NCBI GenBank assembly: GCA_010093745.1
Contig: MU005980.1
Coordinates: 87,440 to 151,439 of the forward strand
DNA length: 64,000 nucleotides
Reading direction: 5' to 3'
Origin: Piedraia hortae CBS 480.64
Taxonomy: Eukaryota
The translations under genes and the position numbers were made by a program. The notes beneath the pieces were generated by a model, which was not told the origin of the DNA, did not search any database, and saw only the letters and a list, made by a program, of their open reading frames with translations. Shown here one piece after another: positions 1 through 12,214 of the stretch; positions within the stretch are counted from its first letter, which is position 1; each line of letters starts with the position of its first letter.

Positions 1-379
1 TCATCTAACCGTTCCTCGTTTCCGATTGGCTGCAAATGACGTCATCTGGAATGCGCAAAGCAGCTGCGTTCAGCGTTTCCAGCTGCTTTGAGCTCCCCCG
101 CGAGACTCACGAAGCCTTTGTTGATTGATACTTCTCCTAAGTGCACGTCAGCGAGTGAGTGACGTCCGATTCTACCACTTTTGATTCGAATCGCTACCTA
201 GTGAATCTAAAAATTGCCGCACCTGTCAACTCACAGCCCACAAGCCATTGTTATGAATTTCCTCCTTCTACATCACTTCAACAACATTATGAGATCAAAA
301 CAAACACAACGCAACCTTTACCCGTGGTCAGATTCAAGAACTAGCTACGCTCCACTATAGACGAAGCATCAACCGCAAC

Positions 380-1903
380 ATGTCCGCATCACTAGACGCG
401 CTGCAAGCGCAATACTGTCCGCCTTTGGATCCAGCCTTGGTTCTTGCTCTGGCGTACGATTACAACATCAATGATCCCGCAAGTCGCCGACAACTTTGCC
501 AGCTCTTGGACCGTCTTAGAGATGAAGCCGAGCAGCAGGAGGCCTCCGACTTCGATCCATCTGGTACGTCGAATCAGCGCGACTCCTCATCAAGCGATAC
601 GCAAGACACGTCATGGGACACCTCAACCGTACTCTCCAGCACGATTACTTCCCTGGATCTGCAATCCAGCGAAGGCTCCTCAGTCAGCATAATCGACGAA
701 ATCGAAGAACAGGACAAGACCACCAAATTGGCGCAAATGCATGAAATATTCGGCGACCGTCTTAGTCTCTACAGCATCAAGTATGCGCTCGGAAAATCTA
801 ACTGGCAATGGGTAAAGGCGCTGGAAGAGCTTATGAACCACGCGTATTTTGCCGAAGCAGCCGGTCAAGACAGAGTAGCCGCCAAAGGCATCGATGGCTT
901 CGCAGAGGACCAAATTGTCCCTCGCACCGGCAAGAAAAATGGCAAAAACAAGAAGAAAAAGAAAAAGACCGACGAAAGCGAGTCTCCGGAACGCTCGCTG
1001 CCATCACCCACCTCACCTACAAACAAATGGCACCTATCAGCCCAAAACGTCGAATTCATCACATCCCGCACAAATCTCTCCACCGAGAAAGTCACATCGG
1101 CGTATTATGCCCATGGAGCATCAGTCCGCAAGACGCTCATCGCTCTTGTCTCATCCGCCGTCTCAGAGAACAGGTCCGACTCCGAAGACGAAGACCCCGT
1201 CGTTCTGGTCCACGCAATGGAGCTCGGCACAAAGTTTCCCTCCATACCCCTGTCTCAACGCACAGCTCTAGCTCGAATGACGCTCCCATCCCTCCTATCA
1301 GCCAAGGAACTCGCCGAGATCATCACCAATGCTAACTCCGAAACCATCGAACCCATCATCGCACAATATGCACCCCTAAAATTCGACTCCCCCATGCAAG
1401 ACCACGAGACCATCAAACCCTGCGGTTTCATCGGCCGGGAGCAAGCCTTTGCCGCCGCACGGGAGGTTGCATTCGCCCAAGTCGAGAACATCCGTCGGCG
1501 CGCAAGGTCTGATAAACTCATGAAAGGCGCGGTGGCGTACTATTCCAACCTTGGTCGTGAGTTCGCCAAGCTCTCCCAAGCCGCTGCTATTGCGGCTGTT
1601 AATGAGAGAGCTGCTGCGCAATCAACTCCCGGCCAGGTTGATTTGCATGGAATTGATGTTGCGAATGCAGTGAGGATTGCGAAGGAGCAGGCGGAGAAGT
1701 GGTGGAGGGGTTTGGGGGAGGAGAGGATATATGGTAGGGCGGCAAGGAACGCGGGGTTTAGGATCATTGTTGGTCGTGGAATTCATAGTAAGAATGGTAA
1801 GGCCAAGATTGGTCCCGCCGTGATGAAGGCGCTTAGGGCAGAGGGGTGGAGGGTTGAGGATGAACATGGCGTGTTGGTTGTCTCGAGGAAGGGGGAGAGG
1901 TAG
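380..1903 (+). CDS. CUE2: CUE- and Smr-domain protein (Cue2/N4BP2-like endonuclease)
   Basis: 507-aa intronless ORF. C-terminal Smr motifs VDLHG...IIVGRGIHS...VMKAL. CUE-like segment LAQMHEIF...IKYAL...ALEELMN. Confidence 0.75.
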   Translation: MSASLDALQAQYCPPLDPALVLALAYDYNINDPASRRQLCQLLDRLRDEAEQQEASDFDPSGTSNQRDSSSSDTQDTSWDTSTVLSSTITSLDLQSSEGSSVSIIDEIEEQDKTTKLAQMHEIFGDRLSLYSIKYALGKSNWQWVKALEELMNHAYFAEAAGQDRVAAKGIDGFAEDQIVPRTGKKNGKNKKKKKKTDESESPERSLPSPTSPTNKWHLSAQNVEFITSRTNLSTEKVTSAYYAHGASVRKTLIALVSSAVSENRSDSEDEDPVVLVHAMELGTKFPSIPLSQRTALARMTLPSLLSAKELAEIITNANSETIEPIIAQYAPLKFDSPMQDHETIKPCGFIGREQAFAAAREVAFAQVENIRRRARSDKLMKGAVAYYSNLGREFAKLSQAAAIAAVNERAAAQSTPGQVDLHGIDVANAVRIAKEQAEKWWRGLGEERIYGRAARNAGFRIIVGRGIHSKNGKAKIGPAVMKALRAEGWRVEDEHGVLVVSRKGER

Positions 1904-2329
1904 GGTGTTTGGTGGCGATTTGGATATTTTATAGGGCGTTGCAGGGTTGGTTGTACCTAGCGTTTTGTTTATGCGATTGCTTGATAGGTTAATCAAGACG
2001 CTGTTACTAGTAGAGTCTCAACTTCTGGGTTCACCTTGTGGAGCGACGAGATTGTAACGGATGTGCTTGGGAGGGAGGGATAGCTCAACAGACTCCTGTC
2101 TCAATGGTAATGGTATAAAAGGTAACTACATATTCACGAACTAGTTTGTCTACACGTACCTATCATGCTTCACTGCACTCGGCATGCTCAAGATATTGCC
2201 GCATCATGTTCTAACCTACGTAAATCTAAGCCTATGCTCCTATTCTGCAAGGACAGTGGCCATGTGAACAAATCCACTCCATGCAAACCAAGTGCACTCC
2301 CAATGGAATCATCAAGAGATGGACTGCTC

Positions 2330-3694
2330 AGGACTCTTCAATTTGTTTTGCTCCGCGGTTTGTTCTGTTTGCCTTGCCGCCCAACTGTTTTGAATTTGTT
2401 ATTCTTTGGATGGGGAGTTTTCTACGTAGAAGACTGGACGCGAGAAGAGAGGTTTCTGGTGGCATGAGGTTTGCGTAGTGGGGATTGATGGTGTAGCGGA
2501 AGGAGGGTATTGCACTGGGAGGTTCTCGTTGAGGAGGGTGAATTGGTATTCTCTTATTGGATATCTTTGAAGTGGAAAGATGTAGTTATTACGGGGTGGG
2601 GGTCAGTTTGGTCGGTGGCAATGGTGTAAAGGGCGATGACAGCTACCGCCCAAGACGAAGCTGTGGCCCCGGCCTGGGATAAATGGTTTGCGCTCTTTGG
2701 TTCCAGTGGGTTCTGCTTGGCATGAGTTGTTGCTAGGGAGCGAAGTCTATTATATACCTTGGGACGATGGGTATACCTAGAGAGTCCCGCGTGTCGTGGA
2801 TATGTTGCCGCTGCTCGAAGCTGATGCGGATGTAGTGGATGCCTTTGTCCAGGAGGTCCAAAAATGGCCTGATATCGTCTTGGCTGTAAACCGGAATGTA
2901 TGCGTGCATAAATCTGGGCAAGCAACAGATGTTCCAGAAATGGATAGGCATAGTTGCGTTATCGAGTTTACGTAGTCCATGGATGCCATGCCAGCGCAGT
3001 CATTGGTTGAGAGAGTCTTTTGCCAGAATTCATCGGCACCACTCGCTGTCGACATGGAAACTTGTTCCGCCGACGACATCCCTAACGAGTTCACTGGGAA
3101 ACTCAGACCAGAATATCAGTGGCATCTTCCACCCATCGCGGCACAGCGCGGCCTTTACACTGGCAAGAATTAGATCCACAACTAGACCGTAAAATTTGTT
3201 CGATATCAGCCGGATTTGGCACGAGGGTATGGGAGTCATCATCCTGTTGATGATAACATTCAAGGCTTTTTCAATGCCTTCTTGCATCCCGAGATAATTT
3301 GTAATGGCAAACAACACCTCCACATGGATGCCCTCCTCATTTTCATAGGCACAGCCGTATAAACGTTTCGGCATCAAGTCGAATCCGGTCATGGTGATGA
3401 AGTCATCACCTCTTCTGGGTGCATATATGTCTCACTGGTACTAGGATCAAGCCATCTTGGTGACAGCGCCGCCACAAAATACGGTAGTTGCCCTAAAATA
3501 AACCGACGCATCTTGTTTTTAGTTCCGAAAGCATTCACTGTAATTTCAGAGCAACGGCCTTCTGAAAGGCCTTGGGAGTAGACGTAACTGCGAGCGCATG
3601 CTGAACCAGTGTTGCTTTTCATATGGATATGATCTGGGGGTGGCTGTCCATTCTTGATATATGTCCTACCCTGGACCATACCATGAAAGAACAT
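2330..3694 (-). pseudogene. Degenerate BTB/POZ-domain gene (copy A)
   Basis: Consecutive frameshifted ORFs (SEITVNAFGT...PYFVAAL...GFDL..KRLYG...ELVRDVVGG..F.VDSEW...LDLLDKGIHY) are colinear with the copy at 9634-11280. Many stops and frameshifts. Ends approximate. Confidence 0.75.
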
Positions 3695-3868
3695 GTCCCA
3701 AAGTCGTCACCATGGTTGCTGCAGTTCATTGTTAAAGTGAAACAGAGTAAACTTTGCCAGACTGGAACATACTCGAAACAATGACCGATTAGAAGATGTC
3801 ACAGGGCAGTATACAAAGTAATTGGACCGGGCTAATCGATTCACCGCTGCTGTCATCACATGAGGTTC

Positions 3869-4189
3869 GGTGAGAAGGTAAATCCTCTCAAGCAGTATAC
3901 AGCCAGGTCGCCTCTGCCAGCATCTATAGAGGTCGAGGCTTCTCAGGATTTTTACCTCTCTGGAAGAAGTTTCCCCTGGGACGGGTCATCGTCTCGTTCA
4001 TGTTCTTGCATGTTTCGATGAAGTTGTCATTGCGAATGTCGCTAGCCTGAAGTAGAGTGGAGAAGATTTCTCCGACTTTATTTCATAGAGATCTAGACAT
4101 CTACACCCACCATTTGGTCAGAGTCATGCGCACACATCTGTCTTTGGTCCATGATCCGCCATACCACACGGAGGTTCGCCCTTCCAACA
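3869..4189 (+). mobile_element. Solo LTR, family A (degenerate)
   Basis: Aligns with the reverse complement of 11281-11585 and 50019-50324. Ends in CCAACA; degenerate start GGTGAGAAGG. Flanked by 5-bp direct repeat GGTTC (3864-3868 and 4190-4194). Confidence 0.8.
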
Positions 4190-5834
4190 GGTTCCTGGCG
4201 CATGTCATCTGGTGACTCGCCAGATGACGACAACAAAGCGCGAGGTTGTATAACGTCGCGGTTGGACACGCTTACTCAGCGTAAGTAACGTTTGATAATG
4301 ACAGTCTAGAGTTTTCGGTGCAATAACCTCACCGCTGTCGGTCAACCCAAACAATCTGCATTGAGAGCTCGCATATAAAGAAAACGCGCCTCTGCAGAGA
4401 TTAAACCCTCGACAGAATAATTCTACAGAGCCTGCCAATGGCGCAGTCCAAGGTACGCGCCGCAGCTAATTGCGTGTAGTTGTTGCGGAAGATGTAGAAT
4501 ATCGCTGTTCTGCTCTAAACACATCTAGATGTAAGTACCTTTTTCTTTTCCTAATCCGCATGATTATTCGCTATCTTGCATGGCTTGCTTAGTGGTGCCT
4601 TGACCGGCACCTTTGCGTGCTGAATGTTAGCATTTTGAATGACTTGATCTTCTTCGTTGCATGATGTATTTGGCGTGCGAGCTGACAATTTGCCTTGTAT
4701 AGATCGTTTTAGTTGAGCAAGTAGATGTCCACCCAAGAGGGACCATCTACAGGCAATCGCTTCAAGATGCTTACCGGTACTAATTCGTTCAACAAGCCAC
4801 TCCTTTGGTGAAGTTTCATAGGCTCCGGACATGCTACAAAATCCAGTTTGGATTTCCATACGCCCGATCCCAGGTTCCAGAAATTTCCAGCTACTTTTTC
4901 ATATGAAAATGAGGAAGACTACTTGGTGATACCCAAGGTCCACCTATACCCTGGGCTATATTCACAATAATGATCCCCAGAACTGACGAAAAGACTTGAG
5001 CGCCTCGGTGCATGGCCATGGTAGCTCTTTAAACAGTTATCGATCATCCGCAGTGCTTTGCTCCGCAAATATCGAGCCGGTTCTTAAAGCCTGGTCGTTG
5101 AAGATGCACTAAACCCCTTTCTACTGTCTTGCAGCGCATACGCCCGAGGGACTTCATTTATAGTGTTTCGAAAATGAGTAGAGAAGCAGATTGAGAGTAA
5201 TAACGGCTGAATACCATTGATACTAACGATTAAAACGCTCGCACGTCCTGCACCATGAGCCTATCGGCCGAGAATCTGAACATCATTTGAGCTACTTCCA
5301 GCTCCTACCTCTTTGTTCCTTGCTGCCGGCATCAAGCAGTAGCTTGAATAGACGCTTAAGCTCCTTTGAATGCTGATAATTTTGTTCGCTGACCAAGCGA
5401 GCGTATCTGCATCACCAGTGGCTGTTCCTGCCGAAAGTAACACCGTGAGACATGAAGCTTGCTTAAAGCGATCATTATCTAGCTACGGTACATCACCTCC
5501 CAAAGGCACCTGGAAATGTGCTGAGAAGGGTTGGGAACGAGATACAATTGCAAAGCCTCACTTCCCATATCTTTATCCCTGTGCAAACTTGATTTGTCTC
5601 GCTGTGTCCACCAATATTTAATATCATATTTGTCCGACTCTCTGCCACCTCGTGCTCTTTTGTGCACTTCATGGCGGCCTTCTTCAATGTTTTTCTGGCT
5701 GCCTGCTGGGTCTCTCGTGCGTTGCGCCTAGCTAGTGACGCCTGCTCCTTCGATGGCATGTTGGAAATGCTGCTTTGAAACGATTGTATGTCGTGCGGGC
5801 CGGGGAAAAAAAGTCGGGTTTGGGGGGTGGGGGA

Positions 5835-5844
5835 NNNNNNNNNN
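5835..5844. other. Assembly gap (10 N)
   Basis: Run of n bases; continuity across it is not guaranteed. Confidence 0.99.
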
Positions 5845-5989
5845 AACTTTTTTCAAGATAATAGTTTTGGCAAAAGTTGCGCTTGTGTTTTTCCCTGTGG
5901 CTTGTGCATCGGCCTTGCCATCTCGTATGATGAGGCAGGTATGTTTCGTAGGCGTAGTAACAGATGAGGCTTGCAGGCCACAGCTGCAC

Positions 5990-8040
5990 TAAGAGTCCAT
6001 GGTCGTCCCCTTGGAACTCTCCACTTCCGTTAGTGATCTGGTCCACTGTGCAGAAGGTAACCATACTGCAGAACCTGTCAATCGAGGAGTTGACCAAGAT
6101 CCTCCATGTCATCCTTGACGGGCTGTGAATCATCTGTTGTCTTATAAAGACTTCTGACTCGGCCAGTTTCCTCAAGCTCGTCGACAAAGCTGAGGAGTTT
6201 GTCTTCGTTCTTTCCCCAAAGGGCGCCCAAGTGGTATACCATCCAAATATCATTGGGGCCTTGTTTGGTGGTGTCCTGCAGGGCTTGGTCTTCTGGCACA
6301 GTGAGCGTTCTGGTGCGCTTGCTTGGTTTAAGCGAGCCATTGGTTTGCAAATGGCAGATCCCCGCGGGGCCTTCATGGTTGATGTACGGAAGCCCGAGTA
6401 TCATTTCCTCGGTGAGATTAGGGACGACGTAAAAACCGTGGGCTTATCTTGTACCATGACGGCGCAGGAGTAAGCATGGTTTACCAACAGGAATCCTTTG
6501 GGGCCTTTGAGCGTGATTGATGACGAGATGCATTCGGGAGGTGCCACGTCCTCTCGGAAGCCGCTGACTGCTGCACCTGAGTCGATCAATGCGCGGACCG
6601 TGCGTCCCTCGAGGTTGACCGTCACGCGGTGCTCTGAAGGGTCCGAGGTTCCTAAGGCCTGGATGTAATTGATTGTCTTCCCATCCGGAGTGGTTTTGGC
6701 GTAGCAATCCTTTTGGAGGTGCCCACTTTGGTGGCAGCGATGACATTTGCCGGGTTTCGCTGTTTTAGGCTTGCCCCGCCGCGTACGCCGCTGCTTGGTG
6801 TAGTCCGAGCGAATTAGCAAAGCCGCAGCCTCAGCCCTTTGGGCGGTTGCTTTGAGTTCCGCATATTCTGCTTCAGGATGCTTGTAGACTTCTGCCCGGA
6901 GGGTCGGCTTCAGGGAGTTCAGGAACACCCCTCGGCGGGCCTGTTCCGGCCAGTTCAGCTGGTCAGTCAAGCCTTCCAACTCGGCGATCATCTGCCCCAC
7001 CGTGGCCGTTTGGCGAAGCTGCATGACCTTGCGTTCATACCGTTGTCGACGAACAGTGTCGGTCTCTCCGAAGACCTAAACGAGAGCGGCTTCCAAAGCG
7101 CTCCATCGTTGTAGCAACTGGGGCTGAGCCGTTGCGGTCCGGACGAACCAGTCCTGGGCTGGTCTCCGCAGCTGGTTGGCCGCGTAGGCACATTTGATGG
7201 CTTGGTCCCTCAAGTCGCTGTCCATTAGCTCCTTCAGGCGTACGTGCATGAGGAATGCCGGTAGGGCGTCAGCCTTGCCGCTGAAGGTCTGGCCCCCATC
7301 GGCCGAGACCTCGCAGCTGGTGGGCTTTGCGTCCATTGCCGGGTCGAACAATGCTTTCTCTTCGCTGTCAGTGTATTCTTCGTCTGAGGGTTGGGTACAA
7401 GGGAAGAAAGCGGCAGCAACCCTCTCCTCGATGGGAGTATGTGGGGAGTGATGGCCGGTCCGGAGGTGAACCCCAGATGGAGGTGTAGTACGCGAGATAG
7501 GGGGAGCAGACTCCTCGCGGTCGCTCATATACGATTAACACAAACAAAAACAAGCGGGTGGTACAGAGAGCGAGAGCGTGACTGTTGGCAGAGTTTTTGT
7601 TTGTGTTGATGGGAAGGAGAAAGGAGAGGGCGACGGCTTCTGACATATAGTCAGGCCGCTGCGCAGACCTCCCCCTCGATCTACACTTCCCCTGCTAAGG
7701 TAGACAGGGTCGTTCGTGGCGATAGGGTGCGGGTTGCTGCCTGCCGACATGCCCCAACCAATATGTTGGTCAGTGAGGCGACCGTATACGTCGAATTTGC
7801 GCTCATTACCTCGTAGCCGTTTGGCTTCTTCCATCTCCCTCCTCAGCTTATTGGCCCTCTTCTTGGCCAGCAGGGGCTTCCTCTTCTCGGCCATTTGGCG
7901 GCGCTTCTGCTGAGAGCTAACGCAACGTCCTCCACAGACCCATAGTTGGTCAGACCGCATTTTCCAAGACTACACGATGACGTGACCTCGTCACAGGGGA
8001 AAACTCCTTTATGAGGTAGAAAACCACGCGAAGCCTCGGG
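5990..8040 (-). mobile_element. Ty3/gypsy-type LTR retrotransposon relic (LTR-like 5' region, gag, protease, decayed start of RT)
   Basis: Gag-like ORF, CCHC knuckle CHRCHQSGHLQKDC, aspartic protease ALIDSGA...ILGLP. LTR-type end ...CTGCCAACA at 7583 upstream of gag. No intact RT, RNase H or integrase visible before the gap. Boundaries approximate. Confidence 0.8.
6401..7528 (-). pseudogene. gag-protease ORF with one in-frame stop
   Basis: ORFs 7076-7528 and 6401-7024 are in the same frame, separated only by TAG at 7078-7076. A frameshift near 6404 separates the protease tail (ILGLPY). Confidence 0.8.
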
Positions 8041-9633
8041 CCTTCAGATCCAGAGAAGCTTTGTGAGCTTTGCTGCGGTGCACCAAGATGAAGAGCGGTC
8101 GAATCTCGAATAATCACCCCTTTGAACCATATTATGAGATCAGACTCATGGGAGAGCTTGTATGTGTGTCCGGAAGTCACCCCCCAGAAACGATCTGTTC
8201 CAGGTATGTGAACCGTTGAGCAGTGATCATGCTGCGGATGCCATCTCGATTGATAGCAACAGTCCACACTGCCGGCTCCTTCAGATCCTCCTCGAATGTT
8301 TGCTCAATGAGAAAGGAGTTTAGCTAAGTTTTGATCTTGGTGAAAGCCGTGATGACACCACGTTAGCGAGGTACAAGGGGAGGACCTTCCAATGGCAATT
8401 TACACCTGGAGTTACTTGGACTAGAAGTCGCCGATCCCCTCAAGCTAGTGTTGGTGCAAGATAGAAAAGGAGAGGAAACGTGTTTGGGGGTCAATCTGTG
8501 GTAAGGGAAGCCTGTAACCATAGAACTGGGAGTATGGTTGTAATGATAACAGCGCAGATGAGCAAACGGCAAATGCCCACCGAATGACCTCATATGCATC
8601 TGAGTATCCAGGTTCCCATCTCTTGGTCGAGGTCAGTGGCTTGAGCATCCTAAACGGGAGCACTCAGCGGATTATTAGGAATATTCTAGTGGGAGGTCAT
8701 AGGCCATGTACAGAGCGGATGTGTAGTCACTGGGTTTGGTTGCTATCCCAGTAAGTCTGCCCATAATTATACCGGTCAGATCCGTGCTTTGGACCACTGC
8801 TGTATATCACGGCTAGTCTGTCCAGTACGTGGTTTCCAGCAAAACAGGCAATTTTTTGGAAGATCCTAAAGGCCGGCAAGGGTGAGAGTATGAAGACCTC
8901 AAAGCAAGTCGACAGCATGCACCAATGCACTCAGCGAGCTTCCAGTGTCCATTGAAGACCATATCACTCTGAAACCCGGCTTCAATGTGGTCCGGTGACG
9001 CTTGTTGAGCATTTGCATGCATTTGCATTGCAAGTTCTTGCATCCGGAATCCCAAAAAAATTAGTGACACCAAAAGTCTTGGCAATCCTAACCCTAGTAA
9101 CCTCGATCGACCTCTCATCACCTGCTGAATTGGCGACAACAGATCAAGCTGCGTTACAGTGCTTTAGACCATATCTGTTTTGATGAATTACGCCATGCAT
9201 GCGTCGCATACAAACAGGTTTTAAGTCTCCAAGTAACAGGTTTTCTGGATTTCGGGCGTTGTATAGAATATTGGCTGGCCCCCAACACTATTGTACTTTT
9301 AGTAGACTATATTTCATTCCTTTACCTTGAGAGTCAGTACGAACTATATTTTAATGAGTCAATACTTAGCCCTAAGAGAAATAACTTTTTTACTGTTCTG
9401 ATAAGCACCGGCACCTCACAGATGTGTCCGTATATACGCGTATCTAGAGCTACACAAGAAAATTTTCGAGTACCGAACCCTGGTCAGGGACGTGGGTCAT
9501 CACCAGCGGATCCCTCTGCGGCGACCTGCACAACATCTATACTGAAGTTGATGTTCTTGGATTACATGACTTCAATGCAAAATCCCCAACTAAAAGCCCC
9601 AACAACAGACCTTAGTCCCCAGACAGCGGCCAC

Positions 9634-11280
9634 ATGGAAAACAAAACTGGTTCGGCAAGAGTGTGCGATTACCTCTATTCTCACGGCTTTTTAGAAGGCC
9701 GCTACTCCGATATTACCGTGAACGCTTTTGGGACTGAGTACAAGCTGCATCGGTTGAGTCTAGAGCAAGCACCGTTCTTTGCTGCGGCACTGTCAACAAG
9801 ATGGCTCGATCCAAGTACCAATGAAATTTTTATTCATCCAGAGGAGGTAGATGCTTCCATTTCTAAGATTGGATTTGACTTGGCCCTGAAGCTTTTATAT
9901 GGCTGTGATGTTGCTGAAGAGAAGAATTATTATGCGATTAAGTTATTGGCCACAGGACTTTGGCTAGAAATGCAAGATCTCATAGACGATACCATTCTAA
10001 ATATTCTCGGCTTGATGGAGTCTCGCGCTTTCTCAAAGGTGATCCAGCTAGTAACAAACAAGTGTTACGGCAGAGCCGGTTATCGAAATCTTGCAAGTAT
10101 AGAGGCCACGCTTTGCTGTGACGAGTGGGAGATGAAACTCAAGCATTGAGATGACATTCCCAGCGAAATGATCAGGGAAATCGTAGGAGGAGATGGCTTT
10201 TTTGTTGACAACGAATGGGACCGGTGGGTTCTGGCAAGATGTCTTTAAATCGACGACTCAGACGTCAAGCCACCAAAGCGGGACTATGTAAACTCGACAA
10301 TGCAACCATGCCTACCCGTTTCGAAAACCATTGTGGGTCAGATATCAACCCAGATTTATCCGAATACATGCATGTCTACGTCCCGATATACATCCACTTC
10401 GATATCAAACCCCTCTTGGTCCTCTTAGACGAAGGCATTCACTACGCCCACCTCAGCCTTGAGCAGCTGCAATATATCCACGATACCCGGGACTATAGAG
10501 GTTTGCCTATCCTGCCAGAGCGGATAATAAACTCGGCACTCCGGCAACAGTTCACCTTTTGCCAAAAGGTCCTAAGCGTGAAATCCAGCGACACCGAGCT
10601 CGGCATACAGCTTACCCAAGCCAATCCTCTAACACCGGATGCGGAAGCAGAAAAAAACCAGCCCAGGCTGGGATAAAAATGGTAAAGTGTGCAAATTCTT
10701 CATCCAGAGCGAAACTGCAGCGTAAAATGGGCAACGGGCGCGCACACATAGACATTTTTTCATTCGGGCCCTCCACCACCCAACTTGACTTCCCACCTGC
10801 AGCAACAACGGCTCTTCAGGCAAAGATATTCATTGGGTACCGGACTTCGTCGCCATAACGTCCCAATCTGGCGAGGAGCACAAAGTGCCGTATACTCACT
10901 TCTCGCCGTTTCGGTTTGGTGTCTCGCTTCACCACCCACGTTTCCTTGAAAGCCGGAAAACGCTCTACTCGCAATCAGCCTTCTACGCCGGCAGCTTCTG
11001 GAAAGTGTACATTCGGTAAATCGTCTACAAACACAAGCACAAGGAACTGAGCATCTATCTCTGTCGGAGTGGAAACAAAAGCAAAGAAGACAGCGTCAAT
11101 CATGATTCGGACAACGCCCAACAAGACGAAGAGAACGCTGACGGTTCGGAAGACGGCCCCAAACCGCTGACGGGTTTGCTGGAAGATGATGATGGTGAGG
11201 AGAGTCATGATAATGTTGACAACGACGTTGAGGAGGAAGAGCCTGAGCTCCAGAATCTGAAATGCTCCGCAGAGAGCTGT
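9634..11280 (+). pseudogene. Degenerate BTB/POZ-domain gene (copy B)
   Basis: YLYSHGFLEGRYSDITVNAFGTEYKLHRL..EQAPFF (BTB start). TGA at 10147-10149 replaces a Trp; frameshift near 10243. C-terminal SPFRFG...FYAGSFWKVYI segment follows. Cut by an LTR at 11281. Confidence 0.8.
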
Positions 11281-11585
11281 TGTTGGAGGGGTGAACCTCC
11301 GGGGACTAAAGGGGAGCGGATATCGACGACAAAAGTTTTCACTCGACTTTGACTGGACAAATGAATGTAGATGTCTATGTCTGTATCAGGTGAGGTTTGA
11401 AACCTTCCCCACACTACCTCAGTCTAACCGCATTCGCCAGGACAACGTCAGCGAACCATGCCCTTAAGCATGAACGAGACAACGACCCGTCTTAGGGAGA
11501 ACTTCGTCTATAGAGGCAAAAACCCTGAGAAGTTTCGACTTCTATCTAGGGTTCTGGTCATGGTGGGTACTACATCCTTCTGACA
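11281..11585 (-). mobile_element. Solo LTR, family A
   Basis: TGTTGGAGG...CCTTCTGACA termini. Highly similar over its full length to 50019-50324. Flanks GCTGT/GATTA do not match, so no TSD. Confidence 0.85.
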
Positions 11586-12106
11586 GATTATATCGTAAGC
11601 AGTGCCCTGTCTGGTATTCAGCAATGGAATTTGCTACTCCGACTGCTCATTCCAGTCCTAAGCCCCTTTGCGGCCGTTAGAGGGTTGGCATTGGCATCTG
11701 CCCAGGAAAGAAGGTAACCAGACAGCATCAAATCGCCCAGCTTTTTTCCGCACCATATCAGCGCTACAGTGCGGGTTTTCAAATTCCGGAGAGGTCCCAC
11801 TCACCGGCAACTCATGGATGCGAGATTAAAATGTGCTCTTGAACTCTTCCATGATCGACCATATCGCCGAAGACCATGGCTGAGAAAAAGAATTTCCGCA
11901 ATGTTGAAAACGGACTCGCCTCGTCGAAGCAGTCGGCACATTTCCTGTCATATCCGAGTAAGCGCAGCGCAACGGGCTTTTGGAAAGAGAGGTGGCAATA
12001 TTTTCAATCAACTCCAGTCCCGATTGCTGTGGAGAAATGGCAAGAATAAAAAAAATGGTGAGGTTAAGAATATCGGATCCATGATTATGCCTTTTAAATT
12101 AGGAAT

Positions 12107-12214
12107 AGCCGAAGGCGGGGCTTGAACCCGCGACCTTGAGGTTACTGTTCTAAGGATAGAACATACTCCTATTGAACTAAAAGCCACACGCTCTACCGAT
12201 TGAGCTACCCCGGC
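12107..12214 (-). tRNA. tRNA-Lys(UUU) with 35-nt intron
   Basis: Reverse complement folds as acceptor stem GCCGGGG/CTTCGGC, D-arm GCTC/GAGC, anticodon loop CT-TTT-A, T-loop GGTTCAAGCC. Intron 12143-12177 lies after position 37. Confidence 0.93.

Noticed and set aside
37..46. Palindromic CRE ATGACGTCAT upstream of the Smr gene
   Set aside because: A single short motif; function cannot be supported from sequence alone.
4200..5830. Fragmentary ORFs left of the gap as retrotransposon pol
   Set aside because: No RT, RNase H or integrase motifs found; unidentified degenerate sequence.
12143..12177. Hairpin TGTTCTA/TAGAACA in the tRNA intron
   Set aside because: Short hairpins are ordinary in fungal tRNA introns.
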